From the NCBI GenBank assembly GCA_964016885.1, contig OZ024757.1, positions 34,782,001-34,846,000 on the forward strand: a stretch of 64,000 bases of DNA. The letters run 5' to 3'. The notes below the pieces were generated by a model that made no database searches, had not been told where the DNA came from, and saw only the letters and a program-made list of their open reading frames with translations. The position numbers and the translations under genes are program-made. Origin of the DNA: Eledone cirrhosa. Lineage: Eukaryota. How positions within the stretch are numbered: position 1 is the stretch's first letter; every line of letters begins with the position of its first letter. Positions 47,167-60,825 of the stretch are shown here, piece by piece.

Positions 47167-50100
47167 CTGATTTGTTTTGTGAGTTAGAAATGAGTGTTTT
47201 GCTAATTAGCGTTTTTATGGGAATAGCTGGTCTTTCAACTATGTTAATATTTAATTTGAGTTTGTCTAGGGCCCTTCTAAATCTATAAGCTAGTTCGCCT
47301 CTATGGGTTGTATTGACAAACATTACACTCTGGTATTTATTGCTATCATACCATGAGTTTATTTTATTTGCATTATTCCTAAGCCTTTCTATTCTGTTTC
47401 AAAATATGCTCTTATACATGGGGTAAGTTCCGTTTGCATCATTTTCTACCATCTTTGCCCATTTAGTTCTAGCTCCTTTATATACCCTGATCTTGTCTCT
47501 GATTTTAGCCAGAGAACTGCATGTGGTGAATAAAGTGTTGTCTCTTTAAGTATTTGGTGTTCGACATGCAGGACACGTTCCTCATCACTCTTACTAAGTC
47601 CACAATCAGTATGTTGATTTTTTAATGTGGTCCGAAACAGCTGAGTTTCAGTGGATCAGGTATTTGGAGGTCATGGGTTTGGCATAATGCAAATGGAGGA
47701 TTTGAGTTCTATTACTAATAGTTTCCAACCACATTTCTGTGTCTAGTACAGGTAATCTATGGTTGGGGTGTTTATTTGGGTAGTCTATGTGTAGACTACC
47801 CAAATATTATACTACATCAATATTTTCAAGGTATTTCCACAATTTTCATCATTATTACGTTTTTTTTCACTAATTTATTGTTTTATTTTAAAAGTATTTC
47901 TGACTAACTTTGCTATTTTTTTGTTATAAACCATCTAAAAATTGTTATTTATACCAGGCCAGGAAATATATTATTAAATTTACATATGAGATTATATACA
48001 TGTCAAAAATATATATACATTATATATTTTTTCTATACATAAGACGCACCACGCTTCAAAGACCAGCACTGTACTGAGGACTTTGCTGCAGTCTTCCAGG
48101 GTTTATCCAAATCGAAGCTCATCAACAGGTTCTCTAGGAGCTCGGAATAGCTTTGCACTTTTCACCTCAGTTTAAATCGAGCTCAGTGCCTACCAACAGG
48201 CAATTGATAAACCTCAAGTATGGCAAATTCATCGAATTTGACATGAAAGGAGCTGTCCGTCTCCTCTCTTCTCTGTACTCCTTTACTCCGTGTAACTCTG
48301 ATTCTCTTGATAGACTGAAAGAGAAGCACCCATCGGTACCCCCAGATGATCAGTTCCACTGGCCTGAACCACCAGAATACTCAAGACTGGTCTACACTAC
48401 AGATAACATCAGAAAGGTGTTTACATCCTTCCCCACTAGTTCAGGCTCAGGATTGATGGCCTTCGACCTCAGCACCTCAAGGATGGTATCTCCTTATTGA
48501 CTTGTTATGCCAGACTCGAGCTCTTGGAGAGTCTGAATCAGTTATCTTCAGTGATTGTTCTCCCCTATATCTGCCCACTGTTCTTCGGTGCCAAATTATT
48601 CAGTCTCACTAAACCCAACAAAGACCTGGGCCCCATTGTGGCTGGTTCACTCTCCGCCGTCCCACTGCAAAGGTGTGTTTGCTATCGGTCTGACTCACTG
48701 TCGGAGGAATTTTACCCCTCCAGCTAGGGGTTGGTACCAAGCTGGGATGTGAGGCTGCTGCCTACGCTACCTGGGCCTTTTCCAACTTGCCTTCCTTTGT
48801 CCGTCAGGGTCATCCCCAAACTTCCCCACAAGAACACATTCAACTCTGTTAGCCGCAATGACGTCCTCAGCTCAGTAAGTGAGAAGGTCCCACAACTCTA
48901 CCACTTTGTTTGACAGGCTTATCAGGAACCCTCCTGCCTCTCTCTCTATATATATATATATGTGTGTATATATGTTAAACTGTTCGTATACACGCATTAT
49001 ACAAGCTGCTCCTTGTTTTCAGGGAAAAGCCTTTAGTAGATAGCAGTGGTAGTAGCTCCCTGAACTTTTTCTATTCCATGTTCACTCAGGCTACTGTACT
49101 TACAGAACACCTACCTCCACTGCTGATTTGGTCACCAAGGTAGCAGAAGCTGTCTACTTCTTCTATGGAACTCCCCAAGAATTTGATAGAGCTTCTTTCC
49201 TGTGGCCGTTTGTTGCCTACTGCTCCTGTGCAATGACATGTAAAACATACGTTGTTAGCTAACCTACCTGAAATCCCACTACATCTCTCATATACCCATC
49301 ATTTGCATTTTGGATAGAGTATAGAATTTCTACCTACACGATTCTTGCACACTAAGCAAGGCCATTTCTCTGAGAGGATCAGGGCTCTGTTTCCCTTCTA
49401 ATTCTGCCATGGATTCAGCTATAATTGTTAGATCATCTACACACAGGAGTTCCCATGGGAAGCCAGTCTTAAACTCCTCTGTTATAGCATGCAGGATGAT
49501 AATAAACAAAAGAGGGTTAAGAACAGAGCCCTGGTAGACACCAACCTGCACTCCAAATTCTTCACTATAGTCAATATTAATCCTAACTTTGCCGATTTCT
49601 CCCCCTATACATGGCTTTGACCATGTATTTGAAACATGTACCAGACAGAGTTTCAGGAAGCTCTTTACAGTATAGAACTTTATTATGTAGTCACCAATGA
49701 AACCAGACACCAACAGATGTCCCTTCACCATCACAGAAGCTCCCTGAAATACAGATACTCAATCCCCACTTGGCTGGCTCACCCAGACATATTCCTAAAG
49801 AAATGTAACCCTGGTGGAGTCGAAGGGGTATTCTAGAGACATACAGTGTTTCTTGGGTATTTCTTATAACCTGATGTAGCCTATCTCCTCATCAGGTCTG
49901 AACACTTGTAACTCCTGGTCTAAACACAGCTGATTTCTCCCAGAGAAGGAGAGAGAGTGATATAGAAATGAGAAAGATATATAGAGAAAGAATTGACTCC
50001 CACTAATCAAAAGGTGGAGGTTAAAATGGTGTTGACATGTCAGCTATGTTAGAAAGTTGTATTAGAATAGATTTCCTGGGAAAATGCCAGCGAGCAGACT

Positions 50101-50638
50101 TCCCAAGAGGTTGAATGATAAACTTTATAGAACATGCTGGAATACCACAACTCACATTGGAGAGAATTGCTCTGGACAGGAAAGTTGGTATCTACAGTTT
50201 ACCAATATAGAAATATAAAATTTCCACTTTTAAATCTATCACTGCTCGTGAAGTATTCTCTATTATCTTATACTGTTTCTTTCTTATTTCAGAATAACAG
50301 ATGACATTGGGATAAATTATTATTTTTAATCCTGGATACATCACCTATATTTAGCTTTTTATACAGAACTGATATAACACTGTTTATATAAATCTGTGGT
50401 TGAATAACTTTGAAATATTTCCCCAGAACTGATTTTTTTTGGCAAAATTTCTTTTCTTCACTATAAGATATATTCTGTATTTTTACTAAATTTGGATGAA
50501 AAAGAAGTTTGCATTATATTCAAATATTAACTGAGATCACAGTTGAGGGAAATATAGTAGAAAAACGATTTTCAGGAATATCATATAAAAAATATTACAA
50601 GAAAAGCATCTGTATATTCTATCAAAAAGAAAGAAAAC

Positions 50639-52342
50639 ATGATGGAAAACAGAGTGTGTGAGAAGATAAAATCTGAAACACTGTCTAAAAGGATAAATAT
50701 TCCAGATGAGATGCTGAAGGATAGAGGAGAGAAGCCATATCACTGTAATATCTGTAAAAAGTCATTCTCTTATAATAGCCACTTAACTACACACAAATGT
50801 ATACATACAAGAGAGAAGCCATATCACTGTAATATCTGTGGTAAATCATTCTCTCAAAAAGGAATCTTAACTAGACACAAATCTATACATACAGGGGAGA
50901 AGCCATATCACTGTGATATCTGTGGTAAATCATTCTCTCTAAAAGGAAACTTAACATCTCATATATCTATTCATACAGGAAACAAGCCATATCACTGTGA
51001 TATATGTGGTAAATCATTTGCTCAAAGTATTCACTTAACTAGACACAAACATATACATACAGGAGAGAAGCCATATCACTGTGATATCTGTGGTAAATCA
51101 TTCTCTGCAAGTAGTACTTTAACTACTCACAAGCATATACATACAGGTAAGAAGCAATATTACTGTGACATCTGTGGTAAATCCTTCTCTGAATCAAGTT
51201 CATTAACTACTCACAAGCGGATACATACAGGTGAGAAGCCATATCACTGTGATATCTGTGGTAAATCATTCTCTGCAAGTAGTACTTCAACTACTCACAA
51301 ACGTATACATACTGGAGACAAGCCATATCACTGCGAGTTCTGTAGTAAATCATTCTCTCAAAGTTGCCAATTAACTAGGCATAAGCGTATACATACAGGA
51401 GAGAAACCATATCACTGTGGTATCTGTGGCAAATCATTCTCTCAAAAAGGAAACTTAACATCTCACAAACATATACATACAGGAGACAAGTCATATTACT
51501 TTGATTTCAGTGGTAAATCAGTCTCTGAAAGTTGTCAGTCAACAAGACACAAAAGTGTACATTCAGGAGACAAGCCATATGACTGTGATATCTGTGGTAA
51601 ATCATTCTATCAACATGATAGCTTAACTAAACACAAACAAATTCATACAAGAAACAAGCCATATCACTGTCATATCTGTGGTAAATCATTCTCTCAAAAA
51701 GGAATCTTAACTAGACACAAATCTATACATACTGGAGAGAAGCCATATCACTGTGATATCTGTGGTAAATCATTCTCTCTAAAAGGAAACTTAACATCTC
51801 ATATATCTATACATACAGGAGACAAGCCATATCATTGTGATATATGTGGTAAATCATTCACTCAAAGTATTCACTTAACTAGACACAAACATATACATAC
51901 AGGAGAGAAACCATATCACTGTGATATCTGTGGTAAAACATTCTCTGCAAGTAGTACCTTAACTACTCACAAATGTATACATACAGGTAAGAGGCCATAT
52001 TATTGTGATATTTGTGGTAAATCTTTCTCTGAATCAGGTTCATTAACTACTCACAAGCGGATACATACCGGTGAGAAGCCATATCACTGTGATATCTGTG
52101 GTAAATCATTCTCTGCAAGTAGTGCTTCAACTACTCACAAACGTACACATACTGGAGACAAGCCATACCACTGTGAGATCTGTAGCAAATCATTCTCTCA
52201 AAGTTGTCAGTTAACTAGACACATACGTATACATACAGGAGAGAAACCATATCACTGTGGTATCTGTGGCAAATCATTCTCTCAAAAGGGAAACTTGACA
52301 TCTCACAAATCTAAACATACAGGAGACAAGCCATATCACTGA
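50639..52342 (+). CDS. Tandem C2H2 zinc-finger protein 'gene B', 19 units (unit 10 has lost both Cys)
   Basis: 567-aa ORF. Confidence 0.9.
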   Translation: MMENRVCEKIKSETLSKRINIPDEMLKDRGEKPYHCNICKKSFSYNSHLTTHKCIHTREKPYHCNICGKSFSQKGILTRHKSIHTGEKPYHCDICGKSFSLKGNLTSHISIHTGNKPYHCDICGKSFAQSIHLTRHKHIHTGEKPYHCDICGKSFSASSTLTTHKHIHTGKKQYYCDICGKSFSESSSLTTHKRIHTGEKPYHCDICGKSFSASSTSTTHKRIHTGDKPYHCEFCSKSFSQSCQLTRHKRIHTGEKPYHCGICGKSFSQKGNLTSHKHIHTGDKSYYFDFSGKSVSESCQSTRHKSVHSGDKPYDCDICGKSFYQHDSLTKHKQIHTRNKPYHCHICGKSFSQKGILTRHKSIHTGEKPYHCDICGKSFSLKGNLTSHISIHTGDKPYHCDICGKSFTQSIHLTRHKHIHTGEKPYHCDICGKTFSASSTLTTHKCIHTGKRPYYCDICGKSFSESGSLTTHKRIHTGEKPYHCDICGKSFSASSASTTHKRTHTGDKPYHCEICSKSFSQSCQLTRHIRIHTGEKPYHCGICGKSFSQKGNLTSHKSKHTGDKPYH

Positions 52343-53130
52343 TTTCGGTGGTAAATCATTCTGTGAAATCTAGCTTGTGAATACTCAAAAACTCATACAG
52401 AAAAGAAATCATAACAGTGATATCAGTGATAAATCTTTCTCTCAAAATTGTGAATTATTGAGCCACAAATACATACCAGCGTGATATCTGTGGGAAATCA
52501 TTCTCTTTCAATGCTGCATTAATTACACTCAAACATATATACAAGTGGGAAGCCATATCACTTTGATATGCTTGGAAATATTTCTTTGAATGGAGCAAGT
52601 TAACTAAATATATACATATACATAGATGAGGGAAACCATGTCACTGAGATATCTTTGGTAAATCATTCTCTAAATGTGGCTTCACTAGACACTAACCTAT
52701 ACAGGAGAGGAACCTAATCAATGTGATATCTGTGGTAAATTATTCTCTAAATGTTGTGGCTTCAATAGACATTAACCTATACAGGAGAAGAACCATATCA
52801 CTGTGATGTTTGTGGTAAATAATTGTTTCTACTTTTTTGGCATAAGGCCAGCAACTGCCCAGTACATTACTGGTACTTTATTTTATCGACTTCGTAAGGA
52901 TGAAAGGCAAAGTTAACCTCGGCAGGATTTGAACTCGGATCATAAAGGAACGTAACTATGGTGGAAAGCATGTCCAACCCTCTACTAATACTGCCAATTC
53001 ACCGCCCTTTGTGGTAAATAATGCTCTGAATGTTGTGGCTTCACTAGACACTAACATATACAAGAGAGAGACCATATCACTGATGTTTGTGGTAAATAAT
53101 TCGGTTGTAAAGATTACTTAATAAAACACA
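52343..53130 (+). pseudogene. Degenerate finger tail of gene B
   Basis: Decayed CCATATCACTGTGAT..GGTAAATCATTCTC units. Confidence 0.8.
52824..53007 (-). mobile_element. Full-length tRNA-derived SINE
   Basis: TSD TTTGTGGTAAATAAT (52809-23, 53008-22). Confidence 0.9.
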
Positions 53131-53719
53131 TGTGAAATCAGTAATATTTTTTAAATATTCATTTCTGTTAGTTTTGGGTTGTTTCTGAAAAATAACTGAA
53201 AGTTAATGCAGTGAGTCCTTATTCAATGAAATTTGACTCCTACAGAACTGGTTCTGGCTTGGTTACTACAGCTAAATATCCTACCTAACGCCAACAATAT
53301 TTAGAGTGTGTACTTGGTGATTGTTGCCATGACAACTACACAACCACTTTACTGTGTTTATATATATGATGTATATCAAAATATGTCTTCACTTATAAAT
53401 ATATAATGTATATAGCGAGATTGAGAGAAATTCAATCCTTTGTCCCAAATGCTGACTATGGGGACACAAGAGATGTACTGGGATCCAAGGTAAGTTAACT
53501 AAGAATGTAGGGTTTTTTTTATGTGGTCATTGTATTGGAGCAGTAAGCAGCAATCACTCTCAGGGGACAAGGTCTATGAAATTCTTTGAGGGTTCTATAG
53601 AACAGTTGACAGTTGACATATACATACATATACACACACAGATATACATATTCACACACACACCTATACTGACACATTTATTCACCTATATCTTTTTCTA
53701 TATTTGTTTAGTTGTATTT

Positions 53720-54480
53720 ATAATATTTGAATGTCCTTCTAATTTTATGGTTACATACTAAAATTAAATCTTGTCTTTTATTTAATAGAGTCCTTCGATT
53801 TAGTAATTTCAAAAATTTCTATTGCCCTGATAAGAAATAGTCCTCTTAAGAATCTTCCAAGTTAGGTTATATTTAATATTCTTCTTTTTACAATTATTAA
53901 CTGCTTCTGCTAAAGAAGTGGTATTTGCTAGTTTTGTGTTTCGGGAACTGTGGGTGTGTGCATAAACTCTCGATTTAAATGGATTAGAAGTGGATCCTAT
54001 ATAGGATTGATTAGAGTCTTTAGTGGTGATTACACATTTATATACTATATTATTAATTAAGCAATTTCCATTTAAGGGGCAATTTTCTTTTATTCTACAA
54101 TTACAACCGTTTGCATATAGCGTTTCAGATGTGCTGTCCATATTCTCAATAATAGTGCTAGTATTTGTGTTTACCTTTTTATTTGGGAGAGAAGAGTTTA
54201 CGGTAGGGTGGTTATAATCCAATTTATTGCTAGTAGGTGAAATTATACTTGATATAGCGTTTATGGAGTCATCGTTGTTTTGGGCGCTATTAGTTAGATT
54301 GGGTATGTAAATCTTAGTCCCTATTAAGGATGAGGAAGATGGTAGTTAGTTGTAGTCTACTATATTGTGCTGGTGAGGTGAGTGAGCGGATCTATCAGGT
54401 GGGTATGCAGTAATATTCTGGTTATGCGTTGTAGTATTACCATAGTTATCTTGTGTGTGTGTGGTATGTATTTTTTCTTA
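53720..54480 (-). mobile_element. Penelope-like element GIY-YIG endonuclease remnant
   Basis: CNCRIKENCPLNGNCLINNIVYKC..YIGSTSNPFKSRVYAH..WKIL, then LLNKRQDLILVCNHK in another frame. Confidence 0.85.
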
Positions 54481-54645
54481 CTGTGATATTTTGTAATATG
54501 TTTTACATAGATCAATAATTGATGAACATACAGAGAACTACCCCCCCCCCCCCTCCCAGAAACGATCGTAAAATAATGTTTTACTATGAATTAAGTTTTG
54601 TTTAATTTCATTGTTTTAATATTTCTATATATATATATATATATA

Positions 54646-56255
54646 TCATCATCATCATTTTACGTCCGTTCTTCCACGCTACCATGGCTTAGACGAATTG
54701 CCCTGTTGTGAGCAGTGTCCAGTTGGCTGACCTTGGCATGATTTCTACAGCTGGATGCCCTTCCTAACACCAACCTCATTTACAGTGAGTGCTGGGTGCA
54801 TTTTTTCCGTGGCACCTACACGTTCACTTTACAGTGTGTGTGTGGGAGGGGGGGGGGGGGGGTATTGTCTATATGCTTCAGCTTCGGCTTGTTCCTGTGG
54901 GTGGTCGGGTCTTCTGTATTACTGTGTGACAGAGGTCGTGTGTCATTGCCCTTGAGAGGTGCAATTGGGTAAGGTCGGCCTTTATCACCTCATCCCAGGT
55001 CTTCTTGGGTCTACCCGCTCCAAGGTTTCCATCGACTGCTAGTGCTCTGTACCAGTTTATGCAGCTGTCATCCTTCATACGCATCACATGTCCATACCAA
55101 TGTAACCGCCTCTCCTGCACACAGCGTTTGATTCCTCTGATGCTCAGTCTTTCTCTCAATTCGTTTATACTTTGCCGTACGCGTATATTACTATTACACA
55201 TCCATCGGAGCATGCAGGCTTTGTTTGTTTCTAATCTGTGCAAGTCTTCTACAGACAGCGCCCAGGTTTCACTTCCATGTAATATTTCTGTTCGTATACA
55301 TGCATCATACAGTCTGCCTTTCATTTTGAGGGAAAAGCCTTTTGTAGCTAGCAGTGGCAGTAGCTCCCTGAATTTTTTCCATTCCGTTCTTACCCTAGTT
55401 ATTGTATTTTCCGAACACCCACCGCTGCTAATCGGTCACATAGGTAGCAGAAGCTGTCTACTGTTTGTACAGAGCCCTTGCAGAGTTTGGTGGTACTTGT
55501 TTCCTGTGGTCGTTCACTGCTTGCTGTCCCAGCACAGCTGCTACATATGAAGCCTACATTCTTAGTTAAACTTCCTGAGATCCCACTACATCTCTTGTGT
55601 ACCCATTGTTTGCATTTGGGGCAGAGGATGGAGTTCCTACCTACACCTTTCCTATATACTGAGCAAGGCCATTTCCCTGAGGGAATCTGGGTTCTGTTTT
55701 CTCGTCTACTTACAAGAACCTTAGTCTTTATCAGGTTGACTCTGAGGCCCCTTCTTTCTAGTCCCTGCTTCCATGTTTGGAATTTCTTCTCTAGTTCCAC
55801 TATGGGTATCCGGTCTTAAACTCCTCCGTTACTCCGTTATTGCCTTCAAAACTATAATGAACAGGAGAGGACTAAACAGAGCCCTGGTGGACACCAACCT
55901 GTATGCTATAGTCATTGTTAACCCTAACTTTGCTGACTGCTCCTCTATACATGGCTTGTACAGCTTTCACAAGCCATTCACCTGCTCCTAATTTTTTAAG
56001 AGCCTACCAGATTATAGCATGGGGGACTCTGTCGAAGGCTTTTTCCAGATCAACGAATGCCAGGTAGAGCAGCTTACTTTTAGTTAGGTACTTTTCCTGT
56101 AACTGCCTCACAAGGAAGAGGGCATCAGTGGTGCCTCTTCCTGGTACAAATCCAAATTGCATCTCATCCAGTTTCACCCGGTCCCTAATCAACTGTGCTA
56201 TAACTCTTTCTGTTACTTTCATGACCTGGTCCATCAGCTTTATTCCTCTATAGTT
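54646..56255 (-). mobile_element. Inverted 5'-truncated RTE LINE of the same family (separate insertion)
   Basis: MDQVMKVTERVIAQLIRDRV.., PHD region, RLHWYGHVMR; (GAT)n tail; different 5' truncation point and internal deletions. Confidence 0.92.
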
Positions 56256-56334
56256 TTTATTAGTTAATTTTTTATTTTTTTTTTTTTTTTTTTTGCGGGG
56301 TGGGGATTTTTGTTAATTTAAAAAAAAAATAATT

Positions 56335-56690
56335 ATAAGAAAAGTAAATGGGGAAAGTACCGAGAAGATCAGTGGGTTGTTGGTATGGTGGAGCGAGATA
56401 CCAATGTGACAGTGATGGTACCTGTGGACCAACGAGATGCGACCCTTTTACCCATCATTGCTCAGTACATTCGGCCAGTACTCGCATACAATGCCCTCCC
56501 GCAACATACAGTTGTAAACCATCGTTACAACTTTGTGGACCTCAAGGATCTTACAATCCACACAAACCCTGTGGAAGACAGCTGGGGACTTTACAAAGTC
56601 AAATTCCGTGCCATGAGAGGAACATACGAGGCACTTTTCGGCACTCCTCTTCAGGAGTTCCTTTGGCTCCGTGCTATTAAAAATATAATT
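56335..56690 (+). mobile_element. Merlin / ISXO2-like (IS1595-family) transposase C-terminal remnant
   Basis: QWVVGMVER..LLPIIAQYIRP..HTVVNHRYNFVD..HTNPVEDSW..QEFLWLR. Confidence 0.85.
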
Positions 56691-57053
56691 TTTCAGCAAT
56701 ATTCGATATTGGATACAACATTATTATAATGTATAATAGACACTTTTAATAATAATAATTCGGGAACAAAGAATCAGTGTTGCATCATATGTATATTTAA
56801 AGACATTACATATGTTTCACTGCCGATCAGCTCAAGGAACGATCATGTTTGTTCCTGACTCTGATATGTGTTCTTACATGTAGACTCACGTCCAAATGTT
56901 GCTGAATTGTTAGACACTGGGTTTGTTATTTTAAGTAGCTACAGACTTTGTTAGCAGAAATGTGTCATGCTCGATTTTATCTTGCTAAATTGTGTTTGGT
57001 CAAACCTCTGGGGATAGGAGACATAGAATATTACTACTACTACTGTATATATA

Positions 57054-57400
57054 TCTATATATAGAAAACTGAGGATGTCTGTCTGTCTGTGAGTTTGAAT
57101 CCCTAAAACTCGAGAAGTACCCAACTGACTTTTTTCAAACTTTACATGTGTATTACTTATGTTTCAAGGAGTGTTATGCACATAAAAAAATTCGACTTTT
57201 TGATCCCCTAGGGCCTGCATTAGATGAAAAACTGCGTTTTTTCAGCTTTTTAGGTTTTCTTGAGGTGTTACGTCAGACCAATTTCCTTGAAATTGTAACT
57301 ATGTATTAATCAGTCTCTTCTTCATACCGTGAGCAAAGAAAATCCAACTTTTTTTTATGGCTTAGGGCCCACATTAGGTGAAAAACTCTTTTGAGGCGTC
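57054..57400 (+). mobile_element. Helitron-like 5' fragment
   Basis: TCTATATATAGAAAA..(GTCT)n..AAAACTCGAGAA, similar to 2880-3040. Confidence 0.6.
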
Positions 57401-58627
57401 ACCATTGTCAATATACCATCACTATCATCATCTCCACCGTCACCATTGACGTGGCATTTGTGTGTGTGAGAGAGAGAGAGAGTGTGTGTAGGAAAGAGGA
57501 AGAGAAAGAGGGAGATAGGGACAGAGAGGAAGAGAGATAAGAGAGAGAGAGAAAGCTGTGTTTAATATTGCAGCTTCACATCCCGGTTAAAAGTGTTTCA
57601 CCACATCTTGAATTCCTCATATATTCACTCGTGAGAGAGAGCCATCAACTCCATACAGTCACAATTTCCACCACATTGCTCCTACACACTTGCATTATAT
57701 ATAATAAAAACTGTTGTGATAATCTTTATCTAATATATGCTACATTTTAACTCAACTGTTAACGTCCTGTACCACATTAGCATGACATTCTTGGAAAGTA
57801 CAAAACAACACTACGACTACATTAAATATGAACAATTCTTGACTCTAATACTGCAAATTTTCACAATCCATCTACTAGTAAAGATACTAGAAACGTTTGA
57901 ATTAACAAACCACATGAAACCACATTAGCTAGACATTCTTGGAAAGTACAAAACAACACGATGACTGCATCACATTAAAGATAAAACTATTTGAAATAAA
58001 CCTCTTTTTAGATATTTTATGCTAAATCATTACAGGATGTTAAGAGTTACCATTTTTCTGACTATAATATGGCACATTTTCACAACAATCTGTCCAATAG
58101 TAAAGATACTATAGACATTTGAATTAACAAACCCATTTCATTTTTCAATATTCTTTGCAAAATTTTTACAGGATAGTACGAGTTAATTTGTTTTCTATTT
58201 CCAAACATTGAAAATTCATAGTAAAAATATATTTTATATTCAAAAATATATTCAAAAGTATATTTTATATTCAAAATATATTTTATATTTCACAAAATAC
58301 AAAAAGTAATAAAAAATATAACTGATTAAAGTATAATGGTTAGTCTTTGAGACAATTCCCTCCAAAATACAGTAACACTAGTTCCACCAGCTGCTTGCCT
58401 TCTATAAAGTGAATGTATATTTGTCAAGATACCAATTTGCCATCTTACCAATTTGACAAAATAACAAATTGCTATCTTACCAATTTGGCAACATATCAAA
58501 TTGATACCTTACCAATTTTCAATTTCCTATCTTACCGGTTCCATATTGACATGAAAATCCTTAATATTCTCTCCGGAGGAGTTACGATTGGAAACATTCC
58601 AGAATGAAGCATCTGGAAGGAGCAGAT

Positions 58628-58927
58628 TTAGTTGGCAAAAATGTCACCCATTGGCAGCCATATGTTTTTACATTGGACAGAATGATAAAGAAACTCTTCT
58701 CCCTGGCCTTGTTCAGGGTTGGTCCAATCTCGAGACTGGCCGTAGTCAACAAATGTTCTCTTGCAGTTTGTTGCTGAAGTGTATTCAACAAATGCTGATC
58801 CTTGAAGCGTTCCAAAGTACCACATGGCCTGGACATCGTGGTGTTCTGTCAGAAATTTGCTAAGATGGTTTCTGTTTCCAGACAGCAGATTAATAACACC
58901 AGCAGGGACATCTGAAGTATCGAATAT
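58628..58927 (-). CDS. ALDH16A1: ALDH16A1-like aldehyde dehydrogenase, last coding exon
   Basis: tttgccag|IFDTSDVPAGVINLLSG..HHDVQAMWYFG..NCKRTFV..KNIWLPMGDIFAN*; phase 0. Confidence 0.85.
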   Translation of the reverse strand: MFDTSDVPAGVINLLSGNRNHLSKFLTEHHDVQAMWYFGTLQGSAFVEYTSATNCKRTFVDYGQSRDWTNPEQGQGEEFLYHSVQCKNIWLPMGDIFAN

Positions 58928-58964
58928 CTGGCAAAGAAATCAAACAAGAGAGAAAAAGAATTAA

Positions 58965-59495
58965 AATCATCAAGTTTAGGGAGCTGCTTCCTCTGTTGAC
59001 AAAGAAGGGTTTCTCTCTACGGACGAAAGGCCGGTTATATGATGCCTGTGTGAAATGCACGATGCTGCATGGTAGTGAGACATGGGCAACAACTGCGGAG
59101 GTTATGCAATGGCTGGAGAGAAATGAAGCAAGCATGCTCCAATGAATGTACAATGTCAATGTGCGTGAACGACCAAGCATAGATGAGTTGAGAGAGAAAC
59201 TGTGTATAAGAGGGATAAACTGTAGTGTGCGGGAGAGAAGACTGCATTGGTATGGACATGTGATGTGCATGGAGATGACCACTGGGCGAAGAAGTGGCAA
59301 GTAATCCCAGTGGAAGGAAGATGCAGTAGAGGAAGAACACAAAAATCGTGGGAGGTGGTGAGAGCTGACCCCATCGCTGAAGCTCACAGAGGAGATGACG
59401 AAGGACTGTGACAAATGGAGAGATGCTGTGCTGATGAGGACCCCGTCCCACTCTTGCAAGCAGGTAAAAGTGGACGTAAAATGATGATGATGATC
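58965..59495 (+). mobile_element. RTE LINE 3' fragment (different subfamily) in the ALDH intron
   Basis: KFRELLPLLT..GRLYDACV..LHWYGHV; tail CTTGCAAGCAGG..GGACGTAAAA(TGA)n. Confidence 0.88.
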
Positions 59496-59689
59496 ATCAT
59501 TATTTTATGTAATGGATGTCCCTTAGCAATGCAGATAGGTAAATCTCCGGCTAAAACAAAAATTAGGTGGTAGTGAGATGAGACAGAGAAGTAGGAAGAA
59601 GTGTAGAAAGAGACGTAGAGAGTGTAAAAGAACGTAAGAAAGGTATAAAAAGACAAGATATAGTTACCTTGGAAGCGATTTAACCATAC

Positions 59690-60065
59690 ACTTCAAAAAG
59701 CTCTCATCACAGATTAAAAAATGTTTTTACTGCACATAAAAAAGCCCTCAACCACATGCCCAGAACCCACTCACAACACACATTCAAAACCCACTCGCCT
59801 TATTAAAAAAAAACCCACACATTCAAAACCCTCTTGTCACACTTTAAAAGCCCTAACCACATATGCAAAACCATTTCATCACACTCCAAAAGCCCTCACC
59901 ACACCTCAAAAAGGTCCTCACCCTACACTAAACAAAGCCCTCAACACATTTAAAACCTTGTTACACTAAAAATAGTCCTCATCACACAATGAAAGCTCTT
60001 TCACCACATATTAAAAGCCTTTTTTTTTTCACTAAAAGTAGACCTCATTACACAATGGAAGCCAT
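59690..60065. repeat. Degenerate ~21-bp minisatellite (AAAAGCCCTCACCACAC-like)
   Basis: Recurrent motif about every 21 bp. Confidence 0.6.
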
Positions 60066-60136
60066 CTTCACCTCTTCATCTGGACATTTCAAATAGTGAA
60101 GCCAAAATAGATAGAAAAGTAGCAAAAATAGATTAC

Positions 60137-60322
60137 CTGATACATGTTCATTGCAGGCAGAGGGTATTTCTCACTTGGGATGATTACTGTAACATTTCCC
60201 CGGGCAAAAGCTGGGGCAAACAGGGAGACAAAACTAAGCAATGGGTTTTCATCAGGGCACGCAATGCCCACAACACCAACAGCTTGGTGGATTTTCACAG
60301 TCAGACCATATAAAGTAGTTTC
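60137..60322 (-). CDS. ALDH16A1: ALDH16A1-like exon
   Basis: cag|ETTLYGLTVKIHQAVGVVGIACPDENPLLSFVSLFAPAFARGNVTVIIPSEKYPLPAMNMYQ|gtaat; 186 bp. Confidence 0.88.
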
Positions 60323-60374
60323 CTGTAGTAGTAATAGTAGTGGTAGTAGTAGTAGCAACAACAACAATAATAAT

Positions 60375-60590
60375 AATGATTTCTGATTTAGGAACAAGGC
60401 CAACAATTTTTTGGGGTGGGGAAAGTTAATTAAATCGACCCTAGTGCATTACTGGTACGTTGTTTTATCGATCCGGTAAGGACAAAAGGCAAAGCTAACC
60501 ATAAGAGGATTTGAACTCAGAACATAAAGGGATGTAACTATAAGCCACAAAGCATGTCCAACACTCCACCGATACTGCTGTGCCGCCACG
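60375..60590 (-). mobile_element. tRNA-derived SINE
   Basis: Same family core and B box. Confidence 0.8.
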
Positions 60591-60639
60591 CTCAATAATG
60601 TTGACTAAAATGCCTAAAGTCTTTCACAAGCCCAGAGTC

Positions 60640-60825
60640 TCATCAAGCCAGTCTTATCCTGGTTTCCATGGTGTGAAGCGACTGAGATTACAAAATTTCC
60701 TCCTGGAGAGGAACACCAGTCCATCACAAAGTGAAACTCCCAGCTACTATTGATACTTCAGCTGAGTATACTGGAGCAATGTGAAATAAAGAGTTTTTCT
60801 CAAGAAACAATACGCAACCCAGCTC
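60640..60825 (-). mobile_element. Old CORE-like SINE fragment
   Basis: GGAGCAATGTGAAATAAAGAGTTTTTCTCAAG resembles the reverse complement of a CORE domain. Confidence 0.45.
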
